A DNA stretch of 64,000 nt. Origin: a virus. The stretch lies in the IMG/VR virus record IMGVR_UViG_3300045988_175628, one strand, 5' to 3'. Within the stretch, counting starts at the first letter, position 1. Every line of letters begins with the position of its first letter. Below the pieces are notes generated by a model that worked only from the letters and a program-made list of their open reading frames with translations, was not told the origin of the DNA and did not search any database. This document shows positions 60,596 to 64,000 of this stretch, piece by piece. The position numbers and the translations under genes are program-made.

Positions 60596-60898
60596 TTGAT
60601 TTCTATTCCGACAAAATATCCATCCTGTGTATTTTCTTGTACACCAATAATGCAAGATATGGATAATAGTGGACAGTTTCTTATGCCAATAACTGGTCAT
60701 ATTAGTTCTTCTGAATTAGGACTTGCTACTAAAAAGTTATTGACACAAAGATTTGAATTCGATATGAGAGAAATGGATGGAGTAGAAATGGAAATATTAA
60801 CAAAAGACTCTGGCAATCCATATTTATCGATTTATAACCCAGATACTGAAGAAGAATATGCAGGAAGATATAATATTGATGTTTATTTTAAAGATTGA
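60596..60898 (+). CDS. hypothetical protein
   Basis: 100-aa ORF. Confidence 0.35.
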   Translation: MISIPTKYPSCVFSCTPIMQDMDNSGQFLMPITGHISSSELGLATKKLLTQRFEFDMREMDGVEMEILTKDSGNPYLSIYNPDTEEEYAGRYNIDVYFKD

Positions 60899-61050
60899 AA
60901 CGGGGATCTCATGTCAGATATAGCTACAGAAAATGGTTTACAAACAGATAGTTATAGCATAGGTCTGCCAGATCCTTTGAATCAAGAATATCCAGAAATC
61001 GAAGAAAATCGTGAGTATATTTTGGGAATAGATATTACAATAGTACAGTA

Positions 61051-61491
61051 ATGCAAGCAAATAAATATTTTGATATTAAAGAATTAGTATCATCAAATAT
61101 CTACAAAGAATATGGGGATAATGCTATAAAATTTTTAGATCCAAAAGCACTTAAAGCTTTAGAAAATGTTAGAGAGATTTTAGGAGTCCCTCTAATATGT
61201 AATAATTGAGCAGCAGGTGGATCTAGAAATTATTGTGGTTATAGAGAGTCAGGATGTGGAGTTGGAACTCCTACTGGCTTTCATTACAAAGGTCAGGCAT
61301 TTGATTTAATATCAAGTAAAATGACAGCTAAGGAGATGAGAGATAAGTTAGAACAGAATCAAGATAAACTTATCTATCCAATTCGTGTTGAAAAATGAGA
61401 AGGTAACAAAGAGATCACTTGGTTACATATCGATATTTCGAGTAATACACACGGACAAAAATTATATTTTTTCAGAGCATAATAACAAAAA
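61051..61491 (+). CDS. peptidase M15-family (LAS metallopeptidase) protein, candidate endolysin/cell-wall peptidase (2 in-frame TGA)
   Basis: Hand translation '…NNWAAGGSRNYCGYRESGCGVGTPTGFHYKGQAFDL…WLHIDIS…' with H..G.AFD and HxD-type motifs; coordinates ±2 nt. Confidence 0.55.
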
Positions 61492-61522
61492 TTAACAATT
61501 AAAAATGAAATGATATATTAAA

Positions 61523-61891
61523 TTGTTGAGATGGATCTGGGAGTTTCCTCAGTGTCTTCTAGGTCTCATCTTGACTGAATGCTACAATGTAGAGCATAAA
61601 GAAGAATTCAAAGGAATTCCTATTTATGCTGGAAATTTTCCAGGAGGTATTTCTTTAGGATTATATATTCTAATGGGGGAGTCTAGCTGGAAATATAATA
61701 GGAATTACATTAAAGATCATGAATGAGGACATACTAGGCAGTCTTTATACTTAGGTCCTCTCTATCTATTAGTAATTGGCCTTCCAAGTATTGTTTGGGC
61801 TGCTATTCACACTCCAAAGTCTAAAAGATCCTATTATTCTTTCTTTACAGAAAGATGAGCAGATAAACTTGGAGGAATACCTGAAAGATAA
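61523..61891 (+). CDS. membrane protein (continues through TGA at 61724-61726 and a second TGA)
   Basis: ORF 61523..61726 extends in frame to TAA 61889-61891; hydrophobic segments. Confidence 0.35.
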
Positions 61892-62137
61892 CATGGATAC
61901 TTTAAAACAAAATGCTATAAAAAACTCGAAACTCACTTTGTGAGATTTCTTAAAGAAATTTGGTAATGTATAAATTTTGGTATGTTATAGGTCTAATATT
62001 TATAGCACTATTTTTTCTTAAAAGCATTTCAACTATATGCCCAATGTATATATTATTAAGTTTGGTTTGTTTTATAATTAGTGGTAAATATTATGAAAAA
62101 GAAAAGGGAGCTAAATAAGCTCCCTTTTTCCTTTTGT

Positions 62138-63163
62138 TTAGAATCAAACCTCTAAATTTTTCTGAACATTTACATGTTTAGAAACTCCATTTAATCTTAT
62201 AATTAAATAATCTCTCGTAGTTGTATTAGTTACTTTTATTGAAGAATCAACTAACTTATATCCTCCTAAATACGTCTGTCAATTATCTTCTCCAGGAGCA
62301 TAACTGTTAGTAATAAGTCTAGTACCTGTACTACCGAATTCATCACTTTCATATACGTCTACTGTACACTCAGTATCATTTAAATCTCTAGTACTACATA
62401 CTGTAATATTACATGTTATGTACTCTGGAGGAGTAGGTGTTGAACCTGAGGCCGTGTACTGAGTTAAATGTAGGAAGGTCGCATATCCCAGTGCAATCAT
62501 TCCTATACTTGTAGGCCGTGCACCCTCAGATAACGAATATATTCCTCTATTTTCACCATTAACAAAGGCTCTAACTTTACCGTCACCACCGTAAATCTCC
62601 AGATAATGAGTATAAGCATTACCAAGTATAGGCCCATATGTAATAGCTTGTTCATATAAACCATAATTCATAGTACCCGTAATTCCAGTTTCATCTACGT
62701 CATTAAATATATTTAGTTTGTAATTACCAGTATCGTCCTCTGGAATAGATTGAGAAGCCGAAGCAGAAGAATACATACCAGAATTATAATCGAACGTTGT
62801 AGTGATAATCTTTGATACTGAAGTAACTAAAGCCCTTACACTGCCTCCTCTATTATAAGTCCCAAGTGAATTATTATCCGTAACGTTACGTACATCTGCA
62901 GATACAAAAAACTGAGATGGAGCATTACTTATACTTAATCGCGTTAACGCATTTATAGAAATTCCACTAGATAAAATAGGTATAGTTTTAGTAACTAAAG
63001 TCATACTAGGAATTGTATAACTTATATTATTTACTGTTCCTCCACTCATTGAATTAATCACTGCACAGGTAACTTGTAAAGGATATAAAGTTCTGTTGTT
63101 ATATTGAAGACGAATTTCCTTAGAATTGGAAGGTACATTCTGTGCAAAAAATATACTATTCAT
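62138..63163 (-). CDS. Ser/Thr/Asn-rich hypothetical protein, possibly structural (in-frame TGA at 62279)
   Basis: 294-aa ORF continues past TGA; low-complexity beta-rich composition reminiscent of fibre/adhesin proteins. Confidence 0.35.
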
Positions 63164-63357
63164 TAGTTCTTATCTTTAAAATATTTATCATAAATATGTT
63201 TAAGATACCATCCGCAAGCTCCTCCTACTATTAAACTAACTAAAGCCAATAGTAAACTTCCGAAGCTCATTGCTGATACAATGCCACAACCTGCTAACAC
63301 TAAAGCAATAACAATTGCAGCAATAATTAATTTTGTTTTCCAAGTCATTGTTTTCAT
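63163..63357 (-). CDS. small two-TM membrane protein (holin-like size)
   Basis: 64 aa, 2 TM, basic C-terminus. Confidence 0.3.
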   Translation of the reverse strand: MKTMTWKTKLIIAAIVIALVLAGCGIVSAMSFGSLLLALVSLIVGGACGWYLKHIYDKYFKDKN

Positions 63358-63360
63358 ACT

Positions 63361-63612
63361 TTATTTATATGTTAAATTACTATAAGTTGTTCCATTTTCA
63401 GAAACTATATAATTTTTATGATCTTTATATAAATATAATATTTCTCCATCTTTTCCACTTATAAAGGCGTATGTATCATCATAGAAAGGATAATTTTTTA
63501 CTCCTTCTTCAAATTCTTCTGGAGAACGTTCTTTTGTAATTAATGTGTAGTGATTTCCTAAATCGAAATTCATTTCTACACCAGTTTTTGTAATTTTTCT
63601 TAATGTAAACAT
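63361..63612 (-). CDS. hypothetical protein
   Basis: 83-aa ORF. Confidence 0.3.
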   Translation of the reverse strand: MFTLRKITKTGVEMNFDLGNHYTLITKERSPEEFEEGVKNYPFYDDTYAFISGKDGEILYLYKDHKNYIVSENGTTYSNLTYK

Positions 63613-64000
63613 ATATGTATTTATTTATAATGTAAATTTGAATACTATTCCATATAATAGTATCCATAATATCTATCTATTATATCTTTGACCTCATCAT
63701 TATATCTTTTATTTCTATTATTTCAATATGGGGCATGCATATACTGTGGAGTTTCTCCTGAAGTGACTCTATCTCGATTGTATCTATCATAGTCTTCTTG
63801 AGAATGTAGGGTGGTATCTAATTCAGGGTTATTAATCCTATTTACAAAATCCTCAATAGAATCAGACTCTCACCAAGGCCCATTCAAATTCCCTATACCA
63901 TATCGTTTATTAAGGTATGCAATAGTCGCATCTCAGGATTCCTCTTTGGTCTTATAAGAAGCTTTTTTGCCTCCATTAATCAAAAGCCCAAAGTAATTAT

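Noticed and set aside
1-64000. Integrase/attachment site indicating an integrated prophage; rRNA genes
   Set aside because: No tyrosine or serine recombinase motif and no rRNA-like conserved stretches were seen. The tRNA 3' fragments could be att-like, but no integrase is adjacent within this window.

Overview
This is an AT-rich (about 30% GC), gene-dense 64-kb segment, almost entirely minus-strand from 1 to 59.5 kb, with a short plus-strand block at 60–62 kb.

The content looks like a large (jumbo-type) bacteriophage or phage-like element rather than a core bacterial chromosome, although ABC-transporter and ion-channel genes are unusual for a phage.
- Replication and recombination genes: acidic-tail SSB-like proteins, a Sak4-like ATPase, a DnaB helicase, an SF2 helicase and RNase H.
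- Nucleotide and NAD+ metabolism: GuaC-like, PRPP-synthetase-like, a short PurA homolog, NadE, a NAMPT-like protein, a nicotinamidase, NADAR, and two vWA proteins.
- More than 20 tRNA genes, with HNH homing endonucleases interspersed among them.
- Membrane, transport and cell-surface genes: an SPFH/flotillin–NfeD pair, a TarI/IspD-like cytidylyltransferase plus LicD, an NMT1-type ABC transporter whose binding protein is fused to an OmpA domain, and a voltage-gated-type channel.
- A compositionally foreign GC-rich island at 55.4–59.5 kb.
- No rRNA, ribosomal-protein genes or CRISPR arrays.

The key observation is that TGA is a sense codon throughout.
- Dozens of long minus-strand genes continue in frame across TGA codons, for example DnaB, the SF2 helicase, RNase H, LicD, an HNH endonuclease, and the plus-strand M15 peptidase.
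- One TGA encodes the conserved Trp of the RNase H 'WVKGH' motif.
- All stops I checked are TAA, with one TAG.
- This indicates a genetic-code-4-like TGA→Trp reassignment.
- I could not identify a UCA-anticodon tRNA in the window.

Many six-frame ORFs supplied are therefore fragments of larger TGA-containing genes, and I merged them where I could. Coordinates of the merged genes and of the tRNAs were derived by hand and may be off by a few nucleotides.
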